A stretch of DNA of 64,000 nucleotides from an uncultured Clostridia bacterium. Its GTDB lineage: Bacteria; Bacillota; Clostridia; Oscillospirales; Acutalibacteraceae. Below, piece after piece: positions 17,791 to 27,147 of this stretch; the stretch's first letter is position 1, and every line of letters starts with the position of its first letter. The notes under the pieces are model-generated. The model was given only the letters and a program-made list of their open reading frames with translations. It made no database searches and was not told where the DNA came from. The position numbers and the translations under genes are program-made. The stretch spans positions 6,810 through 70,809 of the forward strand of contig CANRZD010000001.1 of assembly GCA_947644325.1 (NCBI GenBank), in the 5' to 3' direction.

Positions 17791-18732
17791 ATGTCAATGG
17801 ACAGGCTGCTGGAAAAAATGGCCGAAAAGCAAAACCCCACCGTGGCGGGCCTGGACCCCAAGCTCAGCTATATCCCCGAGTATATGCGGGAGGAGAGCTT
17901 CGGGAAATACGGAAAGACCCTGGAGGGCGCGGCGGACGCGCTGCTCTCTTTCAACAAGGGGCTCATAGACGCCCTGTGCGACATCGTGCCGGCGGTAAAG
18001 CCCCAGGCGGCCTACTATGAGATGTACGGCTGGCAGGGGGTGCGGGCCCTGTGCGGCACCATCGCCTACGCCAAGAGCAAGGGGATGTTCGTCATCACCG
18101 ACGGCAAGCGCAACGACATCGGCGCAACTATGCAGGCCTACGCCAGCGCCCACCTGGGGGAGACCGACGTGGACGGCGAGGCCTTTGAGGCCTTTGGCGC
18201 GGACGCCCTGACGGTAAACGGCTACCTGGGCACCGACGGCATCGAGCCCCTTCTGCAGGTGTGCGCGGGCAGGGACAAGGGCATCTTCGTGCTGGTGAAG
18301 ACCTCGAACCCCTCCTCCGGGGAGTTCCAGGACCAGATGATGCACGCCATGTACGAGCCCCTTTACCGGGCCATGGGCAATATGTGCCAGCAGTGGGGGT
18401 TAAAGCTCCCCGGGAAATACGGCTACAGCGGCGTGGGGGCCGTGGTGGGGGCCACCTACCCCAAGCAGCTTCATGAGCTGCGCAGGGCCCTGCCCAACAC
18501 CCTGTTCCTGGTGCCGGGCTACGGGGCCCAGGGCGGGGCCGCAGAGGACGTGGCCCAGGGCTTTGACAAAAACGGCCTTGGCGCCATCGTCAATTCCTCC
18601 CGGGGCATCATGTGCGCCTGGCAGAAGGAGGGCTGCGCACCCGAAGACTTCGCCCACGCCGCCCGCCGGGAGGCCCTGCGCATGCGCGACGAGATCATGG
18701 GCTGCGTAGGGAAGATCGCCCTGCCCCAGTAA
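17791..18732 (+). CDS. pyrF: Orotidine-5'-phosphate decarboxylase (type 2)
   Basis: GLDP, VKPQAAYYE, DGKRNDIG, LVKTSNP, GAVVGAT, LVPGYGAQG, NSSRGI. Confidence 0.95.
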   Translation: MSMDRLLEKMAEKQNPTVAGLDPKLSYIPEYMREESFGKYGKTLEGAADALLSFNKGLIDALCDIVPAVKPQAAYYEMYGWQGVRALCGTIAYAKSKGMFVITDGKRNDIGATMQAYASAHLGETDVDGEAFEAFGADALTVNGYLGTDGIEPLLQVCAGRDKGIFVLVKTSNPSSGEFQDQMMHAMYEPLYRAMGNMCQQWGLKLPGKYGYSGVGAVVGATYPKQLHELRRALPNTLFLVPGYGAQGGAAEDVAQGFDKNGLGAIVNSSRGIMCAWQKEGCAPEDFAHAARREALRMRDEIMGCVGKIALPQ

Positions 18733-18742
18733 AGGAGGCCCT

Positions 18743-19504
18743 ATGAAAAAATTTGATTCGCTGCCCTGCCGCCTGTACACGGCCCGCAGGCTCACAGCAG
18801 ACGTGTTCGACTTTTGGTTTGAGTGCCCGGCCTTCGCAGAAGGGGCCCTGCCCGGCCAGTTTGCCCAGATACGCCTGCCCGGGCACACCCTGCGCCGGCC
18901 CATCTCCATCTGCGGCATAGACAAAGAGCGGGGCATGCTGCGCTTTGTGTTCCAGATACGGGGCGGGGGCACGGCGGAACTGGCGGAATGCGAGCCCGGG
19001 GACGAGCTGGAAATTTTAGCCCCCCTGGGCTGGGGCTTCCCCATCGATAAAACGAAACGGACCCTGCTCATAGGCGGGGGCATCGGCGTGCCGCCCCTTT
19101 TGGGCTGCGCGGCGGGGCTTAGGGAGAAGGCCGCCGCCTGCCTGGGCTTTCGGAATCGAGACGCGGTGATCCTGGAGGAAGACTTCAAAGGGCTGGGGGC
19201 CCGGGTGTCCATCGCCACCGACGACGGCTCTTACGGCCACAAGGGCCTTGTGACAGGGCTTGCGGAAAAGGAAGACTTCGACGTGATCTTCGCCTGCGGC
19301 CCCACCCCCATGCTGAAAGCCGCCAAGGCCCTGGGCGAGAGCCGGGGCGTGCCCTGCTTCCTCTCCTTAGAGGAGCGCATGGCCTGCGGCATCGGGGCCT
19401 GCTTAGGGTGCGCCACGCCCCTTCTGGGGGAGGACGGCGCGCCGTACTTCGGCCACGTGTGCAAGGACGGCCCGGTGTTCGACAGCCGCCGCGTAGAACT
19501 GTAA
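18743..19504 (+). CDS. pyrK: Dihydroorotate dehydrogenase electron transfer subunit
   Basis: PGQF, LRRPISI, GGGIGVPP, ACGPTPM, EERMACGIGACLGC, VCKDGPVF. Confidence 0.95.
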   Translation: MKKFDSLPCRLYTARRLTADVFDFWFECPAFAEGALPGQFAQIRLPGHTLRRPISICGIDKERGMLRFVFQIRGGGTAELAECEPGDELEILAPLGWGFPIDKTKRTLLIGGGIGVPPLLGCAAGLREKAAACLGFRNRDAVILEEDFKGLGARVSIATDDGSYGHKGLVTGLAEKEDFDVIFACGPTPMLKAAKALGESRGVPCFLSLEERMACGIGACLGCATPLLGEDGAPYFGHVCKDGPVFDSRRVEL

Positions 19505-19516
19505 AGGAGGGGCCCT

Positions 19517-21025
19517 ATGATTATCTTGTGTTCCAACGGCCTGACAAGCGGGGAACTGCTGCAAGAGGCGGGGAAATACGCGAAAAAAGGGGGAAAGGCC
19601 GCCCTTATCGTCACCGCCGACCCCCAGTATAAAGAAAAGAACTACCACGTGGACCGCTGCCTGCGGGCGCTCTCTTATCTGGGCCTGGAGGCCGATGTCT
19701 TTGACTTCGATACCCAGCCCGCCGAGGCTCTTTCCCAGTACGACGTGGCGGAGCTCATAGGCGGCAACCCCTACTACCTGCTGGATTCCATCCGAAAGCA
19801 TGACGCCGGGGACGCTTTGGGCCGCATCGCCCGGGAGGGCCTTCTCATCGGCTGGAGCGCCGGGGCCCTGGTGCTGCAGAAGACCATCGCCCTTATCGGG
19901 TCCTATCTTCCGCAGCTCAACTTCCTGGGCCTTCAGGACCTCACCGGCCTGGGCCTTACGGACATCCAGATTCTGCCCCACTACAGCAAGCAGCTGAAGA
20001 AGGACGCATCAGTAGAGGAGAAGTGCCAAAAGTACGAAAGAGACAACCACTGTACCGTGCTCCGCCTGAACGACGGGGAAGGGGTGGTGCTGGAGGAGGA
20101 GCCCCGGGTGGTGCGCTGCTCCATGAAGGTGGAGGTGGCCGGGGTGGAATTCCAGAACCCCCTCATCGCCGCCTCGGGCACCTTCGGCTTCGGAAGGGAG
20201 TTTAGCGAGCTCTATCCCCTGTCGGTACTGGGGGGCGTCTCCTGCAAGGGTATCACAATCAAGGAGCGCCCCGGCAACCCGCCGCCCCGGGTCACCGAAG
20301 CCCCCGGGGGCATGCTCAACGCCGTGGGCCTGCAGAACCCCGGGGTGGACCATTTCATAAAGGAAGACCTGCCCTGGCTCTCTAGGCAAGGCACCCGGGT
20401 CATCGCCAACGTGGCGGGCAGCACCCCGGAGGACTACTGCGAAACCGCCGAGAAGCTGGGCGGCACCAGCGTGGACATGATAGAGCTCAACATTTCCTGC
20501 CCCAACGTGAAGCAGGGGGGCGTGCAGTTCGGCACCACCGCCCGGGGGGTGGAGGATATCACCAAAGCCGTGCGGAAGCACTGTAAAAAGCCCTTGATGG
20601 TAAAGCTCTCCCCCAATGTCACCGACATCTCGGAAATGGCCCTGGCGGCCGAGGCGGCGGGGGCCGACGCGGTGTCTCTCATCAACACCCTTACGGGCAT
20701 GCGCATCGACATCCGCACCCGCCGCCCCATCATCCGCAACAACACCGGGGGCTTCTCGGGCCCGGCCCTTCTGCCCATCGCCCTGCGCATGGTGTGGCAG
20801 ACGGCCCAGAAGGTGAAGATCCCCATTGTGGGCCTGGGTGGCATCTCCACCTGGCAGGACGCCGTGGAGATGCTCTTGGCCGGGGCCACGGCCCTGCAGA
20901 TCGGCACCGTGCTCTTTACAGAACCCTACGCGCCCATAAAGATCGCCCAGGGCCTTCGGGCCTTCATGGAGGAGCAGGGCATTAAAGACCTCGGTGAGCT
21001 GACGGGGGGTGTTCGCCCGTGGTGA
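19517..21025 (+). CDS. pyrD: In-frame fusion of an S51 (peptidase E-like) domain to dihydroorotate dehydrogenase 1B catalytic subunit
   Basis: N-half GGNPYYL, GWSAGA, LPHY; C-half from about 20123 NPLIAASGTFG, NAVGLQNPG, ELNISCPNV, VKLSPN, INT, GGFSG. No stop codon between the halves. Confidence 0.9.
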   Translation: MIILCSNGLTSGELLQEAGKYAKKGGKAALIVTADPQYKEKNYHVDRCLRALSYLGLEADVFDFDTQPAEALSQYDVAELIGGNPYYLLDSIRKHDAGDALGRIAREGLLIGWSAGALVLQKTIALIGSYLPQLNFLGLQDLTGLGLTDIQILPHYSKQLKKDASVEEKCQKYERDNHCTVLRLNDGEGVVLEEEPRVVRCSMKVEVAGVEFQNPLIAASGTFGFGREFSELYPLSVLGGVSCKGITIKERPGNPPPRVTEAPGGMLNAVGLQNPGVDHFIKEDLPWLSRQGTRVIANVAGSTPEDYCETAEKLGGTSVDMIELNISCPNVKQGGVQFGTTARGVEDITKAVRKHCKKPLMVKLSPNVTDISEMALAAEAAGADAVSLINTLTGMRIDIRTRRPIIRNNTGGFSGPALLPIALRMVWQTAQKVKIPIVGLGGISTWQDAVEMLLAGATALQIGTVLFTEPYAPIKIAQGLRAFMEEQGIKDLGELTGGVRPW

Positions 21026-21693
21026 CTACCGTGTACCTAGTCCGCCACTGTCAGTCCATGGGGAATATCCAGCACCGCTTCCAGGGGCGGTTCGACGCGG
21101 ACGTGAGTCCCCAGGGGCAGGAGCAGCTGGCCTTATTGGGCCTGCGCTTTCGCAATGAGAGCATAGACCGCATCATAACAAGCCCCCTGAAGCGGGCCAA
21201 GGCCACGGCCCTGGCCATCGCCCAGTACCACCCCCAGGTGCCCCTTGCGGAGGACCCGGGCTTTCTGGAGATCGACTGCGGGGACATGGAGAACCTTCTT
21301 CTTACTGACGTAGCCAAGCGCTTCCCCGAAACCGCCCGCCACTGGAACGAATCCCCGGACCTGTGCCGCTTCCCCCACGGGGAGACCATGGAGCAGGTCT
21401 ACGCCCGGGTGAACGCCGCCCTGGACCGGGCCATCGCGGAGAACGGGGGGAAGACCATCGTCATCACCACCCACGGCGGGGTGCTGCGCAATCTCTACGC
21501 CCGGGTGTCAATGGGCTCCCTTTCGGGCATCCGGCAGACAGAGGTCTTCGGCAACACCGGCGTCAGCATACTGGAGGCAGAGGACGGGGCCCTGCGCTGG
21601 AAAATGGTCAACGACCTTTCCCATCTGCCCGAGGAGCTGCGCCGGCCCCCTACGAAGTTTGCCTTCTATTTAGAGGGGGGCGAGCCCATATGA
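21019..21693 (+). CDS. Histidine phosphatase (phosphoglycerate mutase-like) family protein
   Basis: YLVRHCQS, SPLKRAKAT, EIDCG, FPHGE, TTHGGVLR; start may be the GTG at 21022. Confidence 0.85.
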   Translation: MVTTVYLVRHCQSMGNIQHRFQGRFDADVSPQGQEQLALLGLRFRNESIDRIITSPLKRAKATALAIAQYHPQVPLAEDPGFLEIDCGDMENLLLTDVAKRFPETARHWNESPDLCRFPHGETMEQVYARVNAALDRAIAENGGKTIVITTHGGVLRNLYARVSMGSLSGIRQTEVFGNTGVSILEAEDGALRWKMVNDLSHLPEELRRPPTKFAFYLEGGEPI

Positions 21694-22118
21694 TCATCCT
21701 GTCGGTAGACCTGGGCAAGGCCCGCACGGGCCTGGCGGTGTGCGACAGGGGAGAGGTGCTGGCCTCCCCCTTAAAGGTGATAGCGGAGCGGGACCCGGAG
21801 CGCCTGATCGAAAAAATTGCCCTGGCCGCCCGGGAGGCGGGGGCCCAGGAAATCGTAGTGGGCCTGCCCCGGAACATGGACGGCTCAGAAGGGGAGTCGG
21901 CCCAAAGCGCCCGGGAGGCCGCCGCCCGGCTGGGGGAGGCTACGGGCCTGCCCGTGGCCCTCTCTGACGAGCGGGGGACCACCATCACCGCCCATAACTA
22001 TCTCAATGTCACCAACACCCGGGGCAAAAAGCGCAAGGCCGTAGTGGACGCTGTAGCCGCCGTGGTGATCTTAGAAGACTACCTGCGGGCCCGCCGCAGC
22101 CAGGGGAAAGAAATATAA
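21690..22118 (+). CDS. ruvX: YqgF/RuvX pre-16S rRNA nuclease / resolvase-like protein
   Basis: ILSVDLGKARTGLAV, IVVGLPRNMDG, DERGTT, VDAVAAVVIL; ATGA overlap. Confidence 0.9.
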   Translation: MIILSVDLGKARTGLAVCDRGEVLASPLKVIAERDPERLIEKIALAAREAGAQEIVVGLPRNMDGSEGESAQSAREAAARLGEATGLPVALSDERGTTITAHNYLNVTNTRGKKRKAVVDAVAAVVILEDYLRARRSQGKEI

Positions 22119-22122
22119 AAGG

Positions 22123-22160
22123 AAACAGACCGCCGGGGCGTCCCAGCGGCCTGTTTTTTT
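22123..22160. terminator. Bidirectional intrinsic terminator
   Basis: aaacagaccgc...gcggcctgttt followed by a T-run, between convergent genes. Confidence 0.7.
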
Positions 22161-22171
22161 GCGAAAAAAAC

Positions 22172-23734
22172 TTACTTTAGCGGCACCTCCACGCCGTTTA
22201 CCGTCACAGAGGTGATCGCTTCCGGCTCCACCGGCATCTCCAGCAGGTAGCGGGCGGACATGCGCCCCTGCCCGTCGGGCACGATGGTGTACCCGCGTTT
22301 CACCAGCGTGCACTCCTGCGCGCCCGCCGCTGTCTCCACGGTGATGGTCAGCTTCGAAACATCCGGCGCAAAGCGCTTGAGCACGCCGTCTATTTCCAGG
22401 GTCTCGTCCTCCGGCACGGCAGGGCGGGAGACCGTCACCCCAAAGGGCGTGACCCGCAGGCCGTCAAAGGTGGAGGGGGCCCAGGTGGAGTCAAAGTCCG
22501 CCTCCTCGTCGAAGTTTTCGGGCAGGTGCAGGGTCTCCACGTCCACGGTGAAGGGGGCGGCGTTCTGCCGCATGGAAAGGCCCTCTACGCTCAGGGTGAA
22601 GCTCTGGCTCCAGGTGTCTTCCAGGATGGGCTCGGCCCGCACCAGGCCGAAGCCCCACTGCCAGAAGGCAAGCGCGTCTTTTGGCAGCTTGCTGATGATT
22701 TCTACATACGCATAGCCCATTTTGGCGTCCAAGACGCTTTCTGTTTCCTGTAAGAACGGATCGTAAAAATCCACCACCTGGCCGTCCGTGAGATTGAAGA
22801 GCGTGTCAAAGGCAGCGTCGCTATAAGACTGGTTGGGCTCGAAGGCGGGGTCCGAGCAGGACATGCCCTCTTGCAGCAGGGCCGTGGTCCCCGGCTCCTT
22901 CACGTGAAACTGCACGTGGAGCTTTCCGTCCACATAGCCCGCCCCACTGAGGCTTACGCCCTCCACGCCGGGGATGGGCCGGTCTTCACCGGGAACCAGC
23001 AATGTCACCGTGCCCGCCTGGGAGATGGTGTTGTAGCGGGCCTCCCAGCTCTGGGCCAGGGTGTCCATATAGCCGGGCATGGTGTAAGTGAGGGTGGGCG
23101 CGTCTTCCGCCAAGCCCAGCTCCTCCAGGGCCAGGGTGAAGCGCTCTGTAAAGGGGTCGGTACCATCGTCCCCTCCTGCCCGGCTGCACACGCCTGTAAT
23201 GGTCAAGGTGGCCTCGCTGCCGTCGATGCCGTCAGGCACGTTTATGCTCTGGCAGAACACGGCCGCGCCGTTCTCCCTGTCAAAGAACACGGGGCAGGCG
23301 GACACGGGCACGGCCTTGTCTCCCACCCGAAGCTCGCCTATGGCCAGCATGTTTTCGCCCATGCGGCCCTCCGGGTCTGAAAGGGAGAAGTAGATCTCCG
23401 CGTTGTCCCGGTCCGCGGCCACCGCCTGCACCTGCAGGGGCTGCGGCGCGCTGTCAGGCGTCTCCGGGGCCGGGGCGGCTCCGACCTTCTGCACCCGCTG
23501 GCCGTAGCGGCCGGTGAGCTCCTCCCAGAAGGCGCCCAGCCCGGGCGCGGCGGCCACCGCCGTCAGGGACAGGCACACCACCAGTACCGCCGCCAGCCCC
23601 ACCGCCGCCAGCCGTCTCCTGGGCAGGCGGGCGGGCCTCGTGCGTTTCCCTTCCATTTTGCGCAGGGTCATGCGCACCAGGCGCTGGTCCGGCATGAGCT
23701 TTTCGTTCATGGATTCATAAGTCTGCTTAAACAT
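22172..23734 (-). CDS. Putative anti-sigma factor (DUF4179-like), single TM with large extracellular region
   Basis: Short cytoplasmic N-terminus, TM LAAVGLAAVLVVCLSLTAVAA; overlaps the ECF sigma gene. Confidence 0.7.
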   Translation of the reverse strand: MFKQTYESMNEKLMPDQRLVRMTLRKMEGKRTRPARLPRRRLAAVGLAAVLVVCLSLTAVAAAPGLGAFWEELTGRYGQRVQKVGAAPAPETPDSAPQPLQVQAVAADRDNAEIYFSLSDPEGRMGENMLAIGELRVGDKAVPVSACPVFFDRENGAAVFCQSINVPDGIDGSEATLTITGVCSRAGGDDGTDPFTERFTLALEELGLAEDAPTLTYTMPGYMDTLAQSWEARYNTISQAGTVTLLVPGEDRPIPGVEGVSLSGAGYVDGKLHVQFHVKEPGTTALLQEGMSCSDPAFEPNQSYSDAAFDTLFNLTDGQVVDFYDPFLQETESVLDAKMGYAYVEIISKLPKDALAFWQWGFGLVRAEPILEDTWSQSFTLSVEGLSMRQNAAPFTVDVETLHLPENFDEEADFDSTWAPSTFDGLRVTPFGVTVSRPAVPEDETLEIDGVLKRFAPDVSKLTITVETAAGAQECTLVKRGYTIVPDGQGRMSARYLLEMPVEPEAITSVTVNGVEVPLK

Positions 23735-24203
23735 GCTCTAAACCCTCCTCTTCTATGAGTTCCTTCATCATGCGCCGGGCCCGCTCCAGCTGCTTGCGCA
23801 CGGCCCCGGGGGTGCTGCCCGTCACCCGGGCGATCTCCCCGGCGGGCATGTCCTCCCAGTAGAACAGGTGCAGCACGGCCCGGTATTTCTTTGGCAGCTT
23901 TGACAGCTCCCGGTGCAGGTCCCACTGGTCCCGGGTCTCAAAGGGCAGGCTCTCATCCAGCGGCACGTCCCTTTTGCGCCAGGGGGCCCGCCACACATTG
24001 CGGCAGCAGTTGAGGGTCACCCGCAGGAACCAGGCCTTTTCGTGCTCCGGGCTTTCAAATTCCGGCCCCTTCTCTACAAAGCGCAGGAACACCTCCTGGA
24101 ACACGTCCTCGGCGTCCGCCTGGCTGCGCAGCTGGGCGAAGGCCAGCCGGTACACGCTGGGCCCCTGCCGGGCGACGACCTCTTCGTCTCTTTGAACACT
24201 CAC
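23727..24203 (-). CDS. ECF RNA polymerase sigma factor
   Basis: DAEDVFQEVFL, AWFLRVTLNCC, LPKKYRAVLHLFYWED..EIA..VRKQLERAR. Confidence 0.92.
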   Translation of the reverse strand: MSVQRDEEVVARQGPSVYRLAFAQLRSQADAEDVFQEVFLRFVEKGPEFESPEHEKAWFLRVTLNCCRNVWRAPWRKRDVPLDESLPFETRDQWDLHRELSKLPKKYRAVLHLFYWEDMPAGEIARVTGSTPGAVRKQLERARRMMKELIEEEGLEHV

Positions 24204-24228
24204 GAGCTTCAGCCTCCTTTCTGCCTTA

Positions 24229-24257
24229 TATACGGTTTACCCGGGCGGATTGTGACA
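24229..24257 (-). promoter_or_regulatory. Putative autoregulatory ECF promoter
   Basis: TGTCAC-N17-CGTATA upstream of the sigma gene RBS; CGTA -10 is characteristic of SigV/SigW-type ECF promoters. Confidence 0.55.
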
Positions 24258-24294
24258 AGTTTCGGGCGGTTTTGGTACATTTTAATTATTTTTC

Positions 24295-24323
24295 TTGCAT
24301 TTTTTTGGCACTAATGGTATAAT
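24295..24323 (+). promoter_or_regulatory. Sigma-A promoter of the LRR-SLH gene
   Basis: TTGCAT-N17-TATAAT. Confidence 0.7.
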
Positions 24324-24360
24324 AAGCCAAATTTAATTCCCACAGAGGAGGAAAAACGTA

Positions 24361-25512
24361 ATGAAAAAGAAACTTCTGTCCCTGCTGCTGGCGGCAAGCC
24401 TGCTCTTGAGCCTGCCCGTATTCGTGCAGGCGGCGGCTACATCGGGGACCAGCGGGCAAACGCGCTGGAGCTACAACAAATCTACCAGAACGCTGACCTT
24501 TTCCGGCAGCGGCTCTACCGGCAATTACAATTACTTTACAGGGTCCGGGGACACTTATTATCCATACGCGGACTATATGTATACCTGGAAGAAGGGCTAC
24601 GCCCAAAAAGTGGTGGTGGAGGAAGGGATCACCCGTATAGGGGACTGCTTTATCGCGTCTTCCGGGGTGACCGAGGTGGTACTGCCCAAAACCCTTACCA
24701 CCATCGGCCCCAGGGCTTTTATATTCTGCAACAGCCTTAAAACGATCAATATCCCCGCCAGCGTCAAGACCATCGAGGTAAGCGCCTTTGCCCAGTGCGC
24801 AGACGCCAGCGGCGACAAGAAAACCGCAGGCAAGGGCCTTACGGTCAATTATGAGGGCACCCGTGCCCAGTGGGCCCAGATCCATTTCAATGCGTACAAT
24901 CTAAACCCCGCAGACTACGCCCTGGCCAATGCCAAAATCAACTACCTGGGCGACACCCCCTACCCCGGCACCCCCTTTACGGACATCAACGGCCACTGGG
25001 GCGCGGAGCCCATCAAGTGGGCCTATGAGAAGCAGCTGTTCTCCGGCGTCAGCGGCACGGAGTTCGGGCCCGGCGGCAATATGGACCGGGGCATGCTGGT
25101 CACCGTGCTGCACCGCTTGGCCGGCAAGCCCGCCCCCTCCGGCGGCTCCTCCTTCAGCGATGTATCCAGCGGCCAGTATTTCGCCGACGCCGTGCTGTGG
25201 GCAAGCGATAACGGCATTGTAAAGGGCACCGGCGCGGGCTTTAACCCCGGCGGCCTCATCACCCGGGAGCAGGCGGCGGTCATCCTCTACGGCTATGCCG
25301 TGCAGTTCGGGAAGGACACATCCATCACCCCGGGCGTCCTCACGGGCTTCACGGATAAGGGCAGCATCTCCACCTGGGCCCAGGAAGCCGTGGAGTGGGC
25401 CGTGAGCCATCATGTCCTCAATGGCAGCGGCTCGAAGCTGAACCCCGGCGGCACCGCCACCCGGGCCGAAGTAGCCCAGATCTTCTACAACTGCCGCGCC
25501 CTGCTGGCGTAA
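24361..25512 (+). CDS. Surface protein with BspA-type leucine-rich repeats and 3 SLH domains
   Basis: Signal peptide; LPKTLTTIGPRAF..C, IPASVKTIEVSAF..C repeats; SLH motifs FTDINGHW, FSDVSSGQYF, ATRAEVAQ. Confidence 0.88.
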   Translation: MKKKLLSLLLAASLLLSLPVFVQAAATSGTSGQTRWSYNKSTRTLTFSGSGSTGNYNYFTGSGDTYYPYADYMYTWKKGYAQKVVVEEGITRIGDCFIASSGVTEVVLPKTLTTIGPRAFIFCNSLKTINIPASVKTIEVSAFAQCADASGDKKTAGKGLTVNYEGTRAQWAQIHFNAYNLNPADYALANAKINYLGDTPYPGTPFTDINGHWGAEPIKWAYEKQLFSGVSGTEFGPGGNMDRGMLVTVLHRLAGKPAPSGGSSFSDVSSGQYFADAVLWASDNGIVKGTGAGFNPGGLITREQAAVILYGYAVQFGKDTSITPGVLTGFTDKGSISTWAQEAVEWAVSHHVLNGSGSKLNPGGTATRAEVAQIFYNCRALLA

Positions 25513-25568
25513 ATAAGAGAAAGCAAAAAAGGCTCGGGTCGCCCCGGGCCTTTCGTTTATGCAGAAGT

Positions 25569-26987
25569 TTAGCGGTCCGCGTCGCCCCGCTCGGGCAGAA
25601 GCTCCTCTTTCTTCACCACATGGGGCACCAGGCCCTTGCCGTGGTCCTCTTTGTTGGGGATGAGCAGGTTCAGGAGGATGCCTACAATAATGCCCAGGCC
25701 GATGTTGGAGAAGCTGAAGGTGGCGTTGCCGATGACCGCCCCGCCGATGGCCAGCACCATCATCACGGCGGCGATGCACAGGTTGCGGTTCTTGGTGAAG
25801 TCCACGTGGTTCTCCACCAGGGTGCGCAGGCCCACAGAGGCGATCATGCCGTAGAGCACGATGCAGGCCCCGCCCAGCACGCAGTTGGGCACCGACTGGA
25901 TGACCCCGATGGCCTTGCCGAAGAAGCTGACCACAATGGCGATCACTGCGGCTATGCGCAGGGAGGCGGGGTTGTAGTTGCCGGTGGCGGCCAGCACGGC
26001 GGTGTTCTCGCTGTAGGTGGTGTTGGGGGGGCCGCCCACCAGCCCCGCGAAGATCGTAGCCAGGCCGTCGCCCATCATGGTGCGGTGCAGGCCGGGCTCC
26101 CGGGTGAACTTCTTGCCCACCACGGCGCCGTTTGCGTACACGTCGCCCACGTGCTCCACGCAGGTGACGATGGCGATGGGGGCGATCATGCCGATGGCCG
26201 TGATGTTAAAGCGGGGCAGCACGAAGTGGGGGGCCTGCAGCCAGCCGTAGCCCGCAATGACGCCCGTGTCCATCAGGGCCGCGGGGGCGATGCCAGTCTT
26301 CGTGAGAATAAGGGTCACAAGGTAGCCCGTGACCAGGGCGATGACGATGGAAGACATCTTCACCATGCCCCGCCCGCAGCTGGAGAGGAACACCGCCAGA
26401 AGGCACACGATGCCCGCAATGACCCAGGCCCAGACATAGGTGGGCATGTCATAGCCCTCACCGAAAACGGCGAGGGCTCCGTCAGGCCCGTACTGGGTCT
26501 GGATATTGGAGATGGCGGTAGAGGCTAAGTTAAGGCCGATAAGGGTGATGCCCACGCCCCGCACGACGGGAGGGAACAGGGTGTCGATGAGGCCTTTGCC
26601 GAAGATGCGTATCACAAGGGCCAGCACTAAGTAGAAGACGCCGGAGACGATGATGCCCCCCATGGCCGCCGCGATCTGCTCGTCCTTCGTAGAGCAAAAG
26701 GCGGAATTGCCGATGACCCCGCAGATGGCGGAGATAAAGGCAAAGGAGCTGCCCAAGAACGTAGGCATGCGCCCGCCGGTGCACAGATGGAAGATCAAGG
26801 TGCCCACACCCGCGCAGAACAAGGCCACCCCCACGTCCAGCCCTGTAAGCAGCGGCACAAGGATGGTGGCGCAGCTCATGGCGAAGGCGTGCTGAAAGCC
26901 TAAAGCCACGGCTTTCTTTGCGCCCAGCTTTTCATACTCCTTGGCGTAGGGGAACAAAAAGCTGTTGATTTTAGAAAAGATGCTCAT
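25569..26987 (-). CDS. uraA: Uracil/xanthine permease (NCS2)
   Basis: LGFQHAFAM, FLGSSFAF, EHVGD, PPNTTYSENTAV NAT signature. Confidence 0.9.
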   Translation of the reverse strand: MSIFSKINSFLFPYAKEYEKLGAKKAVALGFQHAFAMSCATILVPLLTGLDVGVALFCAGVGTLIFHLCTGGRMPTFLGSSFAFISAICGVIGNSAFCSTKDEQIAAAMGGIIVSGVFYLVLALVIRIFGKGLIDTLFPPVVRGVGITLIGLNLASTAISNIQTQYGPDGALAVFGEGYDMPTYVWAWVIAGIVCLLAVFLSSCGRGMVKMSSIVIALVTGYLVTLILTKTGIAPAALMDTGVIAGYGWLQAPHFVLPRFNITAIGMIAPIAIVTCVEHVGDVYANGAVVGKKFTREPGLHRTMMGDGLATIFAGLVGGPPNTTYSENTAVLAATGNYNPASLRIAAVIAIVVSFFGKAIGVIQSVPNCVLGGACIVLYGMIASVGLRTLVENHVDFTKNRNLCIAAVMMVLAIGGAVIGNATFSFSNIGLGIIVGILLNLLIPNKEDHGKGLVPHVVKKEELLPERGDADR

Positions 26988-27033
26988 TTTTCCTGCCCTC
27001 CTGTTGTTTTTTGCGGCTTTTTCAGCCTTGCCA

Positions 27034-27113
27034 ATTTTAGCACCATGGGCAGGAAATGTCAAGGAAAATGTCGGCCCCCGGCCCTTGCAAGAAAGGCCCC
27101 GCAGCGGTATAAT
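27034..27113. promoter_or_regulatory. Divergent sigma-A promoters (uraA on minus, flavodoxin-like gene on plus)
   Basis: Minus TTGACA-N17-TAAAAT (27062-27034); plus TTGCAA-N17-TATAAT (27085-27113). Confidence 0.75.
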
Positions 27114-27147
27114 TAAGGAAAAGACAGAAAAGGAAGAATGGATATTT

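Noticed and set aside
20123-21025. pyrD as a separate gene starting at the internal Met
   Set aside because: No upstream in-frame stop, and the nearest GGAGG is over 20 nt away; treated as a fusion, though internal initiation is not excluded.
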